Part shown: piece by piece, positions 36,273 to 48,835 of the stretch
Numbering within the stretch: the stretch's first letter is position 1
Layout: each line of letters starts with the position of its first letter
DNA from: Camelus dromedarius
Lineage: Eukaryota
Direction: 5' to 3'
Length of the DNA: 64,000 bases
NCBI RefSeq assembly: GCF_036321535.1
Contig: NC_087437.1
Location: 18,974,001 to 19,038,000, forward strand
The notes under the pieces: generated by a model
What the model saw: only the letters and a program-made list of their open reading frames with translations
Told to the model about the DNA's origin: nothing
Databases searched by the model: none
Translations under genes and position numbers: made by a program

Positions 36273-39034
36273 TGCTAGAGTTTTATAGTTTTAGATCTTA
36301 TGTTTAGGTCCTTGATCCATTTTGAGTTAATTTTTGTATATGGTGTAAGGTGAGGGTACAACTTCATTTATTATTTTGCATGTGGATACCAGTTTTCCCA
36401 ACAACAAAAAATTTTATTGAAATATAACTGAAGGACAATATTATGTTAGTTTCAGGTACACTAAATAGTGACTTGATATTTGCATACATTATGAAATAAT
36501 CACCGTGATAAGTCTAGTAATCATCTGTTCCTATAGGATAGATGAGTATTATATCCCCATGGATTGTTTATTTTATAACTGGAGATTTGTATGTCTTAAT
36601 CTCCTTTTCCTATTTCAAACCCTTCCTCCAACAAAATTTTTTGAAAAGTTTATCTTTTCCCGATTAAATGGACTTGGCGTCCTTGCTGAATATCATTATG
36701 CCATATATGCGGGAGTTTGTTTATGGGCTGTGTATTCTAATCCATTGTTCTGTCTTTATGCCAGTACCATCCTGTTTTGATTACTGTAGCTATGTTGATT
36801 ACTGAAGCTATGAAATTAGGAAATATGAGAGACCTAACTTTAATCTTCTTTTTCAAGATTGTTTTGGCTATTTGGGGCCATTTGAGGTTCCATATGAATT
36901 TTAGGATGGATTTTTCTATTTATGCAAAAAATTGTTGGCACTTTTTACCCATCATTTAAATTAATTAGTTATTTTAAATTTCATATTGAATGATAGTGGG
37001 CTTGCAATGTTATATTAGTTTCAACTGTACAACATAGTGATTCAATATTTTTAGTTATACTTCATATTATGTTATTTTATAATATTGGATATATTCACTG
37101 TGCTGTGTGTTACATTTTTGTTATTTATTTGTTTTATATCTAGTAGTTTGTACCTCCTACCCCTTGTCTCTTCCACAACCCTCTCCCCCTCTGGTAACCA
37201 ATAGTTTATTCTCTGTATCTGTATTTATTTCTGATTTGTTATATTTCTTCATTTGTTTTATTTTTTAGATTCCACATACAAGTGAAAACATGCAGTAATT
37301 GTCTTTCCCTATTTGACTTATTTCACTAAGCTTAATACCCTCCAGGTGCATCATGTTGTCACAAAAGGTAAACTTTTATTGTTTTTTAGTGGCTGAATAT
37401 TATTCCGTTGTATATATGTACCACATCTCTATGCATTTATCTGTTAATAGACACTTATGTTGCTGCCATATCTTGGCTAATGTAAGTAATGCTGCTATCA
37501 GCATTGAGGTACATATATCTTTTTGAAATAGTGTTTTCATTTTCTTTGCATATATATCCAGGAGTGGAATTGCTGGATCATATAATAGTTATATTTTTAT
37601 TTTTTTAAGGAAACTTTATACTGTTTTCCATATTGGCTGAACTAATTTACAGTCCCACCAACAGTGTAGTAGTGTACTTTTTCTCCACACCCTTACCAGC
37701 ATTTGTTATTTACTGTCTTTTGATGATAGCCATTTTGACAGGTGTGAAGTAGTATCTCATTGTGGTTTTGATTTGCATATCCCTTATGATTAGTGGTGTT
37801 GAATATCTTTCATGAGCCTGTTGGCCATCTGTATGTTTTTGGAAAAATGTCTTTTTGGATCCTCTGCCCATTTTGTAATTGGGTAGTTTTTTTTTTTTTT
37901 TTTTTTTTTAACATTGAGTTGTATGAGTTCTTTATATAGTTTCAATATTAACCCTGTGTTGGATATATCATTTGTGAATGTCTTCTTTTTTCGGTAGCTG
38001 GCCTTTCATTTTGTTAATGGTTTCTTTCACCATGCACTTTTTAGTTTGATGTAGTCCCATTTTTTCTTTTTGTTTGTTTCCCTTGCCTGAGGAGACAGAT
38101 TCAAAGAAATATGGTTAAAAACCATGTCAAAAATCATAATGCCTATATTTTCTTCTAGAAGTTTTATGATTTCAGGTACTTACATTTAGGTTTTTAATCC
38201 ATTTTGAGTTTATTTTTCTACCTGGTGTGAAAAAATGTTCTAATTTTATTATTTTACATGTAGCTGTCCAGTTATCCCAACACTATTTGTTGAAGAGATT
38301 GGCTTTTCCTCCTTATATGTTCTTGCCTCCTTTGGTTTAGGCTAATTGACCATGTGTGCATGGGTTTATTTCTGGGCTTTCCATTCTGTTCTATTGATTT
38401 ATTTTTCTGTTTTTGTGCCAGTACCATTCTGTTTTGATTACTCTAACTTTGTAGTAAAGTCTGTAGTCAGGGAGCATGATACCTCAAGCTTTGTTCGTTT
38501 TCTCATGATTACTTTGGCTATTTAGGATCTTTTGTGGTTTCATATACATGTTAGAATTATTTGTTATAATACTGTGAAAAATGTGGGTGTATTGCAAGGA
38601 ATTTCAATAAATTTGTAGATTGTTTTGAGTAGTAGAGACATTTTAACAATATTAATTCTTTCAATCCATGAACATCAGATATCTTTCCATTGATTCACAT
38701 CAACTTTAATTGCCTTCATCAATGTGTTATGGTTTCCAGGGTATAGGTCTTTCACTTCCTTTGTAAAATTTACTCCTAGGTATTTTATTTTTTTGATGAA
38801 ATTGTAATTGAGATTGTTTTCTAGATTTATATTTCTGATAGTTCATTATTAGTGTGTAGAAAGGTAACAGACTTCTATGTATTAATCTTGTATCCTGCAA
38901 CTTTACAAAATTCATTTATTAGTTCTAACAGTTTTTTGGTGAAGTTTTTAGGGATTTTTATATATAGTATCATGTCATCTGTAACTAGTGACATTTTTAC
39001 CTCTTCCCTTCCAATTTGGTTGCCTTTTACTGTT

Positions 39035-39155
39035 CTTTTAAAAAATTATTTATTTATTTTTTTTTGGGGGGGGGAGGTAATTAGGTTTGTTTGTTTGTTT
39101 ATTTATTTATTCATTTTAAGCACACACTCTACCACTTGAGCTATATCCTCCCCCT
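39035..39155 (-). mobile_element. Internally deleted Vic-1-like SINE
   Basis: GGGGAGGTAATTAGGTTT tail module and TAAGCACACACTCTACCACTTGAGCTATATCCTCCCC head, lacking the B-box segment. Confidence 0.65.
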
Positions 39156-40057
39156 CTGCCCTTTCCTTTTCTTGTCTGATTTCTGTGCTAGGACTTCTAA
39201 TACTGTGTTACGTAGGAATTGCAAGAGTGGACATCCTTGCCTTGTTTCTGATCTTAGAGAAAAAGCTCTCAGTTTCTTTTACCACTAAGTATGATGTGAA
39301 CTGTGGCTTAGTTATGTATTGCCTTTATTATGTTAAGGTGTGTTCCCTCTATATCCACTTTGTTGAGAGCTTTTATCATGAATGGATATTGAATTTTGTC
39401 AAATGCTTTTTATGCAATAATAAGATGATCACTCAATTTTTATCCTTTGTTTTCTTAATGTGTTATATCGCATTGATTATTTATGAATAGGAATTCATCC
39501 TCGAATCACTGAAATAAATCTCACTAGGTTATGGTATAAGACCCTTTTTACATATTGTTGAATTCATTTTGCTAATATTGTGTGGAGGATTTTTGTATGT
39601 ATTTTCATCAAATGATATTGGCCTGTAATTATCTTTCTTTTTTTTTAGTGTCTTTGTCTTGTTCTGATATCAGGGTAACGCTGCATGAATTTGAAAATGT
39701 TCTCCCTGCTTCAGCTTTTTGGAATAGTTTGAGAAGAGTAGATAATAACTCTCCCTTAAATATTTGATCGAATTGTCTTATGAACCTGTCCATATAGTAT
39801 CATACGGAGGTGATACCCACCCTACAAATCACTTGTGCTCCTCCTATTCACCTGGCTCCTTTGGAGCCTCTGGCAACCAATGATCTTTTCTGTCTCTTTA
39901 GTTTTGCCATTTTCAGAATGTATATAGTTGAATTCAGATAGTAAGTATTCTTTCCAGACAGGATTCTGTCACTTAACAATATGCATTTAAAGTTCCTCCA
40001 CTTATAACATGGTTTAGTAGCTTATTTCTTTTTTTCTTAACCTGAATAATACTCCAT

Positions 40058-40117
40058 TATCTATGTATCTATGTATCTATGTATCTATGTATCTATGTAT
40101 CTATCTATCTATCTATC
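40058..40117 (+). repeat. Compound microsatellite (ATCTATGT)n(ATCT)n
   Basis: Direct reading of the sequence. Confidence 0.9.
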
Positions 40118-40172
40118 TCACAGAGTATTTCTCCATCTGACTATTGAAAGACATGTTAGTTTCTTCCACTTT

Positions 40173-43076
40173 TAGCAGCAATGAGTTTTTGCTTGTTCTC
40201 ATCAAGTTGAGTTAAAAACTTGAGGGCTTGTCAGATTGCTTATGCACAAATAAACATAAGAGCTTTTAGTAGTTAGATGTGACTAGAGAAAAGGGCTGTT
40301 GGGTAGCATTCTTCGGCTTACAGACGTCCTCTTCACATTTCAACTCCCCAGGAGAGGGTCTCTGACTGAGGACTTAGTCAATTCATAAAGAAGTGTTTCA
40401 ACCTTGGTAAAGCTTGGCACTCATTGTCTGCAATATTCGGTTACTACCAGAAATACTCTTAATTGTGTTTTGTGGGGAGTCTAGGATATGTTTGAGTAGT
40501 CTTTAGTCTATCAAAAGAGTATATTTTTCCTCTTGAGATGAGTCTCACTCTCAATAATGTATTCTGGCAAAATTATGACTTATTTTGAAAACTTTATGTC
40601 TCTTTATTGCTAAGGCTGGGGCAAGCTAATGGAATCCTTTTATAGGCTTCCTTGTTCTTTGAACAAAGTAGGAGCTTACCTTCCACATTGTGTTAAGAAA
40701 TGAATCACAAGGGAAATGTAGACCTTTTAAGTCTCGATCGAGAACCAGGGGAAAACAGAAGGGGGCTCCAGGGTACTCCAGGGACATGACTGTCCAGGGA
40801 TATCATTCACCAGGTGAAGACAAAAAGGTATTGGCTGTCTTGGCCTAGAAGCACACTGGAAAAAGGCAGAGCAAAGATTCATTGGAGTAAAGCAAGTGGC
40901 TTCAGGTGGAATTGAAGATAGGATGGTATATGAGTTAATTTCTGTCAGGAAGTGAGGTATACCTGTTTTGCTGATGACCTTAAGATCTTGAACAAATCAA
41001 TACTCTTGTCTGTTTGGTTTCTTTTCTTACAAGATGAGAGTGTTATAAGGGCAGTGGATGGAAAGACCTTTATATACAAAAGATTCAACTAGAAGTTTGA
41101 GTTCTTTCTTTGGCTTCAAGGGTACTGGGGGAAGTTTGGATAATGATTTGTAGAACATATCTGAATAGTTTCTTCTCCCATTATTTTTTCTATGTCAGTG
41201 GAATTTCTAGCCCATAGAGGGTCAGATATGGTGTCAAGATCTTGACCTGCGGTATGTGTTAAATACAGTGGGGAATGCAAAGGTATATTCAGAAGAGACA
41301 ATTGCTTATGAATAGACAAGTCCTCTGAAACTTCAAGAAATAGTCCCTCTAGTGTGCTTTTAATATAATAATTTGATGTGTAAAGTAAGTTCTACCCTGA
41401 CAGATTTGCAGATGTGTTGTCATGGAGTAGGAAGGAATGTTTCCAGTCAAAGTCCTCAAAGGTTACATTTAAAGGCTGGGAGATAGGGAAAATCTGTGAG
41501 TCATTTGAAATACTGGTCATCCATGTGCTACTTTTACAGCAAGGAAAAGAATGAGCCAAGATTGGCAGAGTTTAATGTAGAATGAGTAGCTATATTGCTT
41601 TTTATTGGAAATGTTTCAGGTATGGTTTTTAGGAGACTTTATCCAACTTTTCAGGCTTGTTGCTGGACCCTTAGGTATACTGTGGTGAGAGAGATCCTGT
41701 AGGTCCTTTCCTGAGTCAGTTCAATCTGCCTTACCTTCAGAAAATTAGCATTTGCAGTTCTGACCAATATGTGTATGAATGAAATATGCCAGGTAATTCT
41801 GGGTCTTATACACCCAAAATAATTTTAAATTCTTCCATGAATATTTGCTGGTATTGTCTGAATTTAGGGAAATTTTGTAAGTAGCTCCTAATTCAGCTTA
41901 AGTCTAAGGTCTAAACTCTACAGTTGTCTGAATACCTGGTGCATGGGGGTCGATCTTCAGAGGCAGCTGGCATTTTGGGTTCTTGGGAGGTTTGTTGGGA
42001 AAGGGTAGGGGACCTGAATGAGGAGACTTGGAAAGAGGAGTCAGTGGAAGTTTAGGAGAGACAATGGCAGAGAAGAGCTGGGGAAGATCTGGAATAGAGA
42101 GGCAAATGGAGGATTTAATAGGGAAATAATTCTATTGTTGTTTTTCAAATTTATCATTAGCTTTGGCCAGAGAATTTTTTTATGAAACAACTTTTGACTG
42201 AGAGTTTTGTTCGGAGGCCTCCTTACATGGCCTGCTCATTGAAACCGAGAAATCTTATTCCTTTCTCTTCTAAGACACCTCCCAAAGGAACAATTTTGTT
42301 CAAGTCAAATCATCCTTAGTGAAGTTATGTCATTTAGAGATATAGGCACAAAAATGATGAGTTTAGTATGTTAGAAGCAGGCATTTTTTTTTACTGGAAG
42401 AGTAGATTTAGACTTAAACTACCCAGTAAGAGCTGGCAATGTGGGTAAAATTTGGTGCTTGTGCACCTCATGTCTTAGGCAGCCAACATGACTTCTCTGA
42501 ATGCAGACTCCACAGTCTGTACTACCTAACACTAGAGAGAATACTCTTTGTGGATCAAGGCCCAACATTCAGCACAAAAGGAAATTAGGAGAAGAGAAAC
42601 TCATCTGGTTTTATTGAAGACCCACTGCAAAATGTGTCCAAATGGATGCCATTCTGATGAGAACTGCAAAGTCACAAGACTGAAGTTGGCTCAAACAACA
42701 GGCTTATAGGACATAATATGTGTTCTACCCTGTGAGTCTCTTTCTTATGAAAAACAAGACGTGTAATCAGCACAGCAGAAAATGGAATCATGAGGAGAAC
42801 AAAAGGGCATAAAAAGGAGTGTCCAGATTCCGCCAGTGATGCCAAATAAATGGAACTGGTGAGAAAACCTGGTACCAAACTGAGAATAAATAGCTAAGGA
42901 AGTCAATGCAACGAGACAGTTCAGATGTGGCATTGACTTTGAACATTGGTGTGGACACTATATGCTGACAGTAGCTTATAGCTCAAAGTTCTTCATGGGT
43001 ACCACAGCTGGTCCAGGGCTGTGATCCATGGCGAGGGGCAGTAGAGACTATACCTCACTGGGACCTCTAAGAGAAC
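40173..43076 (-). mobile_element. Decayed ERV leader-gag-pro-pol (RT) segment, right arm
   Basis: Inverted homolog of 24085-26193 (shared peptide SIHKQLSLLNIPLHSPLYLTHT); PBS-like TAGAGGTCCCAGTGAGG (43053-43069, resembles a tRNA-Gln PBS) just inside the LTR. Confidence 0.8.
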
Positions 43077-43598
43077 TGGAGGAAATCAAATAAGGACCCC
43101 CAAAGGAGAACAGGCAGAGGCTGTTTATTCAGAGGTTTCTATACAGCAAGAGAGTCAGCCCACCACTTGGATTGGAGAGAGTGATAGGCAGGTAGGAGAG
43201 TGGGGAAGGTTTATTGTGGAAAAAGGGAGGGATTCAGTTGTGTGTGAATGAAGGTCGTTGGCAGGGGGAAGCTAGAGACGGGCTAACTAGAAGCAGGGAA
43301 TTCTAGGTAATTGATTTGATTTGTGAAGTTTGTGTCTTAGGCATAGCATATTTGGCTTTTTTTTTTTGCTGGTCCTAAGATGAAGGAGGGATGAAACTTG
43401 GGGAAGCTGGCAGTTGTTGATCAAGTCCTGGTCATTTGGGAGGTAGAGATTAGAGTGGTGAGTCTGATCATTTGGGGCCACTTACCACAGAGGTTATGAT
43501 TTTGTTTCTGGGTTGGTTTCTGGAAAGTTTGTGGGTCAGAATTCTGTAAGTGGTCGTAAGTGGTCTGGCCATTGTTCATTTGTATATTCAGTCTCTCA
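43077..43598 (-). mobile_element. 5' LTR of the decayed ERV
   Basis: TGAGAGACTGAATATACAAATG...TTCCTCCA (TG..CA) with an AATAAA on the minus strand; same family as 12118-12254. Confidence 0.8.
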
Positions 43599-44139
43599 GA
43601 TCCTATTACCCCCAAAGCTACAAAGGAGTCTAGCTCCTTAATAGCATCTCCTGCCATCACTGACCCACCCTGGTCCTCTGAACTTAGTGACACTGGTGCC
43701 TTTCCAGTGCATGCTTTTTGCTTAGTTATACAGTGTCCCTCTAGTCCTTTCCACACTCCTACTAGGCTGATATATTATTCATCCTTAGGTAGTATATCCA
43801 GTGTATCATAGTCATTGCTCTGGACCTTTTGTATTTATTGTATTATATTATAAACTGAGTTACTGGCCTGTTGGCCAAGTGAGGAGATGAGGGCAAATCT
43901 TGAAGTTATTGCATGTTGTCTGGCCAGGCAGATGCTTCTGCCTCATCTTAGAGCAAGGTAGATGAGCAAGCTTTTATAGAGAGTGGTGGGCCACTACTGT
44001 AGGACAAGAGGATTAAAAGAGATTTGGGGATTCAAGTAATTCCTGTAGATACATGAATATCCAATGTCTCAGGACTCAGTCATTCTGTGATCTCACCATT
44101 ACATATGAAATGGATAAATAATATGTGAAATATATATGT

Positions 44140-44560
44140 ATAAAAAAGAATGAAGTTCCACCATTTGCAACAACATGGGTGTACCTGCAGAGTACTGCTT
44201 AATGAAATAAGTCAGACAGAGAAAGCATTATACTGTATATTATCACTTACATGTGGACTCTAACAAAAGAAAACAAATAAATGTATATAATAAGACAGAA
44301 ACAGACTCACAGATATAAAGAACAAATTAGTGGTTACCAGTGGGGAGAGGGAAGGAGGGAGGGACAAGATAGATATGGAAGTAAGAGATACAAACTACTA
44401 TGCGTAAAATAGATAAGCAACAAGGATATATTGGATAGCAGAAAGAAATATACCCATTATTTAGTAATAACTTTAATTGGAATATTATCCATAAAATTTT
44501 GATTTTTTATACACCTGAAATTAATACAATATTGTAAATCACCTATACTTTACACAGAAA
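44140..44560 (+). mobile_element. L1 3' end fragment
   Basis: GAAATAAGTCAGACAGAGAAAG...GTGGTTACCAGTGGGGAGAGGGAAG L1 3'UTR motifs. Confidence 0.8.
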
Positions 44561-45464
44561 AGACAAGATGACCCTATTGAACATACAGTTCAACTTGGAT
44601 TTGAAGTAATATCCAATAAAAACAGTTTAAGGAAAAATAAGATGTATGAAGCTTGTCAAAAAGTAAGAGACAATATTCTCATTATTTGGAGATATTAGTA
44701 TGTTTATCGGTCAAACAAGACAATCTACAGAGAACTGATTACATAAATTAAATAAATTTGCTGGATACAGAACAACATAAGAACAAATTATTTCTATATG
44801 CCAGTAACAATGTACGAAACATATTTGGAATCTTAGTAGTATAAAAACATGGAATCTTCAGAATTTCAAACTTTCCAGAACAAGAGAGTTGTATTAAAAA
44901 CAAATAAGAAAAGAATGGAAAACAGTTAGTTCTTATGGGAAAATACCCCCACAAGCCCAGCAATATAGTTAAATTTGCCCACCTAGTCATTTGAAAAATA
45001 GTCAGTGATCATTGTTTCCATCCTGTGTTTTGTATCCTACAAATATTTGTCCACCTACAACCACTGGCTAGATTCCCCCAGGGGGGCTGCAGCCACCATC
45101 CAGAAAAGATCAAAATGGTTAGAGGGTTGTCATCAACTAGCAGGGACACAAGTGCCAAAGCCCTGTAAATAAAAGAAGTTTAGCAATTATTATGGGGCTG
45201 CAGGGACGGTGGTGGTGGTTGGGCAGCGGTAGGACACCTGGAAAAGCATGCCTTTTTAGAGAAAACTGCTGGCGCTTAGGTTTGAAAGGAAAACGGGGGT
45301 GGGGGGTGGGGAGGGGGTAGAGCTGCTTAAGGCTGACCTCCCTAGAGAAACCGAATCAGCAGTCTGGATGTCTGCAAGGACACTGTATTTCAAGTGGCTT
45401 CTCTTTGCCCAGGTGATCTTCCTGTCTGGTGTTTTAGTCAGCCACTGATGCCAAATTCTGCAAT

Positions 45465-46382
45465 TCAGCGTGCATCCAAAAAAATACCTGCCTGTTGTGA
45501 TTGTTGCCCGGTGGGCAATATACACAAAACCAGTATCGTAAGACTTTGGCCCGCTCCCAAGCCAGGTGGCGAGGAATTGAGGGAGGCAACTGATTCCGGG
45601 AACAGGCATCTCTGGGCCTTGCGCGCAGGACCATGAGGGCGTTGGGGGCGCTGGTGAGGAGCTGGATTGGGAGAAGGAGGTAGAGGTTGGAGTGGTGAGT
45701 CTGGGAGGGGCTCCAGAAGGTGGAAATCTAGGTTGTAGCCCTGATAAGGAGAGCATGTCTCTGGACTAGGGTTGGAGGCCCGAGGTGAGGGCTCTGGGAC
45801 TAGGCCCAACATGTCGGGGTCAGATGCCCTTCTTGCAGGGGAGCGGAGCCCAGCGACTGAGCCGGCTGCAGCTTCCATTCCAGGCGGCAGGAACTCGGCG
45901 TCCACATCCTCCTCGTAAACCTCTTCTTGTGCGGCGATCTCTGGGACAGATCCGTAGAAGAATCCCTGCTCGAGGGCGATATACTCCCCGGGAGCGCTCA
46001 GAAGAGCTCCCTGTTCTAGGCCGAGAGATGAGTGGCCTTGTCCTCCCAAGCATTCAGTTACGGAGGCCAGGAGGGTTTCGGGGACCACCATAACGGTGTG
46101 ATCTCTGAGAGATACTCGCTGCACAGACGTAGCCTCGGGCTCCAGCACCAGGTCAACGTCGTCTAGGGGCAGGTATAAGGCACAGTCGGCATCCAGAACC
46201 ACTACAGAGGTGCGCGCGTCCGCGGCCCGGGGCCTGGTCAGGTTGTCCGGGCTGGACGCTGCCTCAGACTCGGGGTCCGAGGGCTCGTTGGTTCGGCGGC
46301 GCTTGGCAGGGCCGGGTCCCTCGGCCTGAGGTCCCCACCGGTCCACAGAGTAGGCGCTGGGGCTGCGGGGCCGGCTGCCCAT
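45465..46382 (-). CDS. PRR23: Proline-rich protein 23 family member (copy 4), 305 aa including a 42-aa stop-loss extension
   Basis: MGSRPRSPSAY...LDDVDLVLEPE...LQPLPPSPNPAPHQRPQRPHGPARKAQRCLFPE, then TCA where the paralogs have TGA. An upstream in-frame ATG at 46484 could add 34 aa. Confidence 0.88.
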   Translation of the reverse strand: MGSRPRSPSAYSVDRWGPQAEGPGPAKRRRTNEPSDPESEAASSPDNLTRPRAADARTSVVVLDADCALYLPLDDVDLVLEPEATSVQRVSLRDHTVMVVPETLLASVTECLGGQGHSSLGLEQGALLSAPGEYIALEQGFFYGSVPEIAAQEEVYEEDVDAEFLPPGMEAAAGSVAGLRSPARRASDPDMLGLVPEPSPRASNPSPETCSPYQGYNLDFHLLEPLPDSPLQPLPPSPNPAPHQRPQRPHGPARKAQRCLFPESVASLNSSPPGLGAGQSLTILVLCILPTGQQSQQAGIFLDAR

Positions 46383-46950
46383 TACCTCTATGGCGCAGCG
46401 GGTCCGGGGCCTGGCAGAGGGCGAGGTGCAGTCGGTCGTGCAGGCAGTGACAGGTGGGCCGACAGGTGAGACCGACCGGGGCATTGGGGCTCAGGACCTC
46501 GGGACGCGGGACAAATACTCGGAGATCCTGCGGCGCCTGTAGGGAGTTCTGCAGTCCTGGCTTCTAGGGTGGCTACTGGGTTCCGCCTTGGGTGTTGGAA
46601 TCTTCAGCTCCTCACGCGGACCGGTTTGCGCAGGATTGGGCTAAACATGTAAGTGACGCGAGAGGAACGGCAGTCGCAAAGCAGCCTCACGCCAAGCTCC
46701 GCCCCCTCCGAGGCTCCGCTTGTAACTAGGTAGTTACAAGTGGAGGTAACTGAGTTGGGGAATAGCCCGGGCTGTGGTGGATGGGTCACTGAGAGAAATA
46801 CTTTTATAGGCCTCAAGGGGGCGGAGTAGTGGTGCCTCTCTAGGGCTAGGTTTCCGGGGTCAAGTTCTTGGCTTTCCTGGAGTTGACCTGATATGCGGAA
46901 AACCTTCACCGGAAAATGGATTAAAGTTTAAGTCCGCGCGTGGAACGCTG
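46383..46950 (-). promoter_or_regulatory. CpG-island 5'UTR/promoter of copy 4
   Basis: CpG-rich; GC box GCTCCGCCCCC at ~46696, half-CRE TGACG at ~46654, CTCF-like motif at 46809-46824; homologous to the promoters of copies 2 and 3. Confidence 0.55.
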
Positions 46951-48675
46951 CACCAAGATCCTGACATGTAGTTCCGTCATCCCCTGAGACCTCGCCCTGG
47001 AAGTGACCTTTTAGCTTCCTTTGGTCTTGTAATAGGGTGAGTTAAGCCTCAATTTGTGTAAGTTGTCAATAACTGTCAGGTCCTTCCAGCGGTGTTGTGA
47101 AGGGAAAGCCACGTTAGAATTGAGCCTTAATAGCAGCCGCTGCATGATCAACTTGTATATCAATCAGTTTAGCAGGATGGTCATTGTTACACTCCCATCA
47201 AACGAACTAAGAGTTTACTTTCTCTAATTTGACTTAAACTACACCAGAGAGGTGTTATCTGTTGTAGCCCAGTTTACTGATAATGAAAACGTCATGGTGA
47301 AAGAGGAACCAATTTACTCAGGAGCCCAGAACCAGCAGAGCTGGGTCTGAGTATCAGGCTCCCCTGAAGATGACGCAGCAGCGGCGCCTTTGATCTGAGG
47401 GTCAGTGTGCAGACGCAGCTGCGCTGCCAATCCAGGGAACCAAGGAAGGTGTGGCTCAACTGCTCTTCCAGGATTAGTGAGAGAAAACCCCCAACACTGA
47501 TTTTGGAATAGGTACTACTGGCCAGTGGTTGTAGAGCACAGTGAAATATTTTCTACCACAGTGGTCCTTTAAACACGCCATTGCTCACTTTGTCCGTTTT
47601 TACGAAGTAGCGTAGTATCTACTAATTTTTAGGGCTTCATAGCGTTGCTTTCTACCGAATTACATTTCAATCAGGAATCTCTGGATGGGCAGTGAACCTC
47701 GTGGTCTGTGACTTGGCAGGCACTGGTATTCTCTGGCCAATGGGTGTAAAATGCACATTCTTTACTGGATGTCGGAACCACTGATCAGAATTCCTGGCCA
47801 TGGGATTCTTGTAATCCCCTCCAGAATGATTCTGTTTTATGCCAAGTTGAAGATCATAGAACTTGTTTTCATCCACATTTGAGGGGTTCAGGTACAAGGG
47901 TGCTTTGCATCTGAGTTCAGAGCTCTGCTGGTTGGTGACAAAGTCATGAAGGGAACTCAGACTTCCTGGACCAGGATTAAGGGTTTTTCCCTGCATGCCT
48001 GGCCCGCATCTGCTCTTATGTCTGGATTTCCGGTGTTTCTGTCTATGAACCAAGAAATTCCCCTGTGGTAGTGACTTAGGTCTGGATCCTGGCTAGAGGA
48101 ACACACACTGCCTATACACCAGCATTGGAGGGCCCTCCTGAGGTCCCATGGTGTAAAATTGGATGCCCCTGGCACCTACCTCTATAGTCCCAAGTTTTGG
48201 GAACAGTTACTGTGCTCCTGTTGTTTGGACAGAGAGTGGGTTGGGAAGATGGGAGAGGGAGGAGGGGGAGCTTCCAGGAAACTTCTGCTTTGGCCCTGGG
48301 GAATTCTGTAGGTGATCCTTGAACATCCTATGGTCAGGGAATAATGGGAACACCATTCAGGAGAGCAAATGTGGACGTGCCATGTTGTAAGGGACAGATG
48401 GAGAAGTGCAAAGCTGACCTGGACACAGGGTGGGGCTCGTGGCTCCGGGCATAACCAGTGTTGGGGATCTGAACACAAAGGTGTCTGTCCTTGTCTGCTG
48501 CTCTCCAGACCTCAGCAGTTTTACCTCCGGCTCATCATTGTCCTGGGTCCTGTGAATCCTCGCTGTGAGCTCCCCTTCCAATGGAATGTAGTCCTGTCCC
48601 AAGACAAAGGCAGTTAGCAGGGGTCCTACCATAGATGCACCTGATTTCCTCTCCTGGTCAGCCCCTTTCTAATTG

Positions 48676-48835
48676 GGTGGTCATGGGCAAGTCATTTCAC
48701 CTTCTCTAATCTCAGTTTCCTTACAGGTGAAATAAAGAGAAAGCCATCTACTATGCAGGGAAGTTGAGAGATAATGTATGTAAAATGTCCTTGGAATATA
48801 CTAAGTGCTTAGTAAATAGTAGCTGTCCAGTTGTT
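48676..48835 (+). mobile_element. MIR SINE
   Basis: GGGCAAGTCATTTCACCTTCTCTAATCTCAGTTTCCTTA MIR core. Confidence 0.7.

Larger units (their letters stand above)
35004..40172 (-). mobile_element. Stack of L1 fragments (L1MB-like 35.0-36.95 kb, younger L1 36.96-39.8 kb, L1MC-like 39.8-40.17 kb)
   Basis: Repeated L1 3'UTR and ORF2 antisense motifs; subfamilies assigned by eye. Confidence 0.8.
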
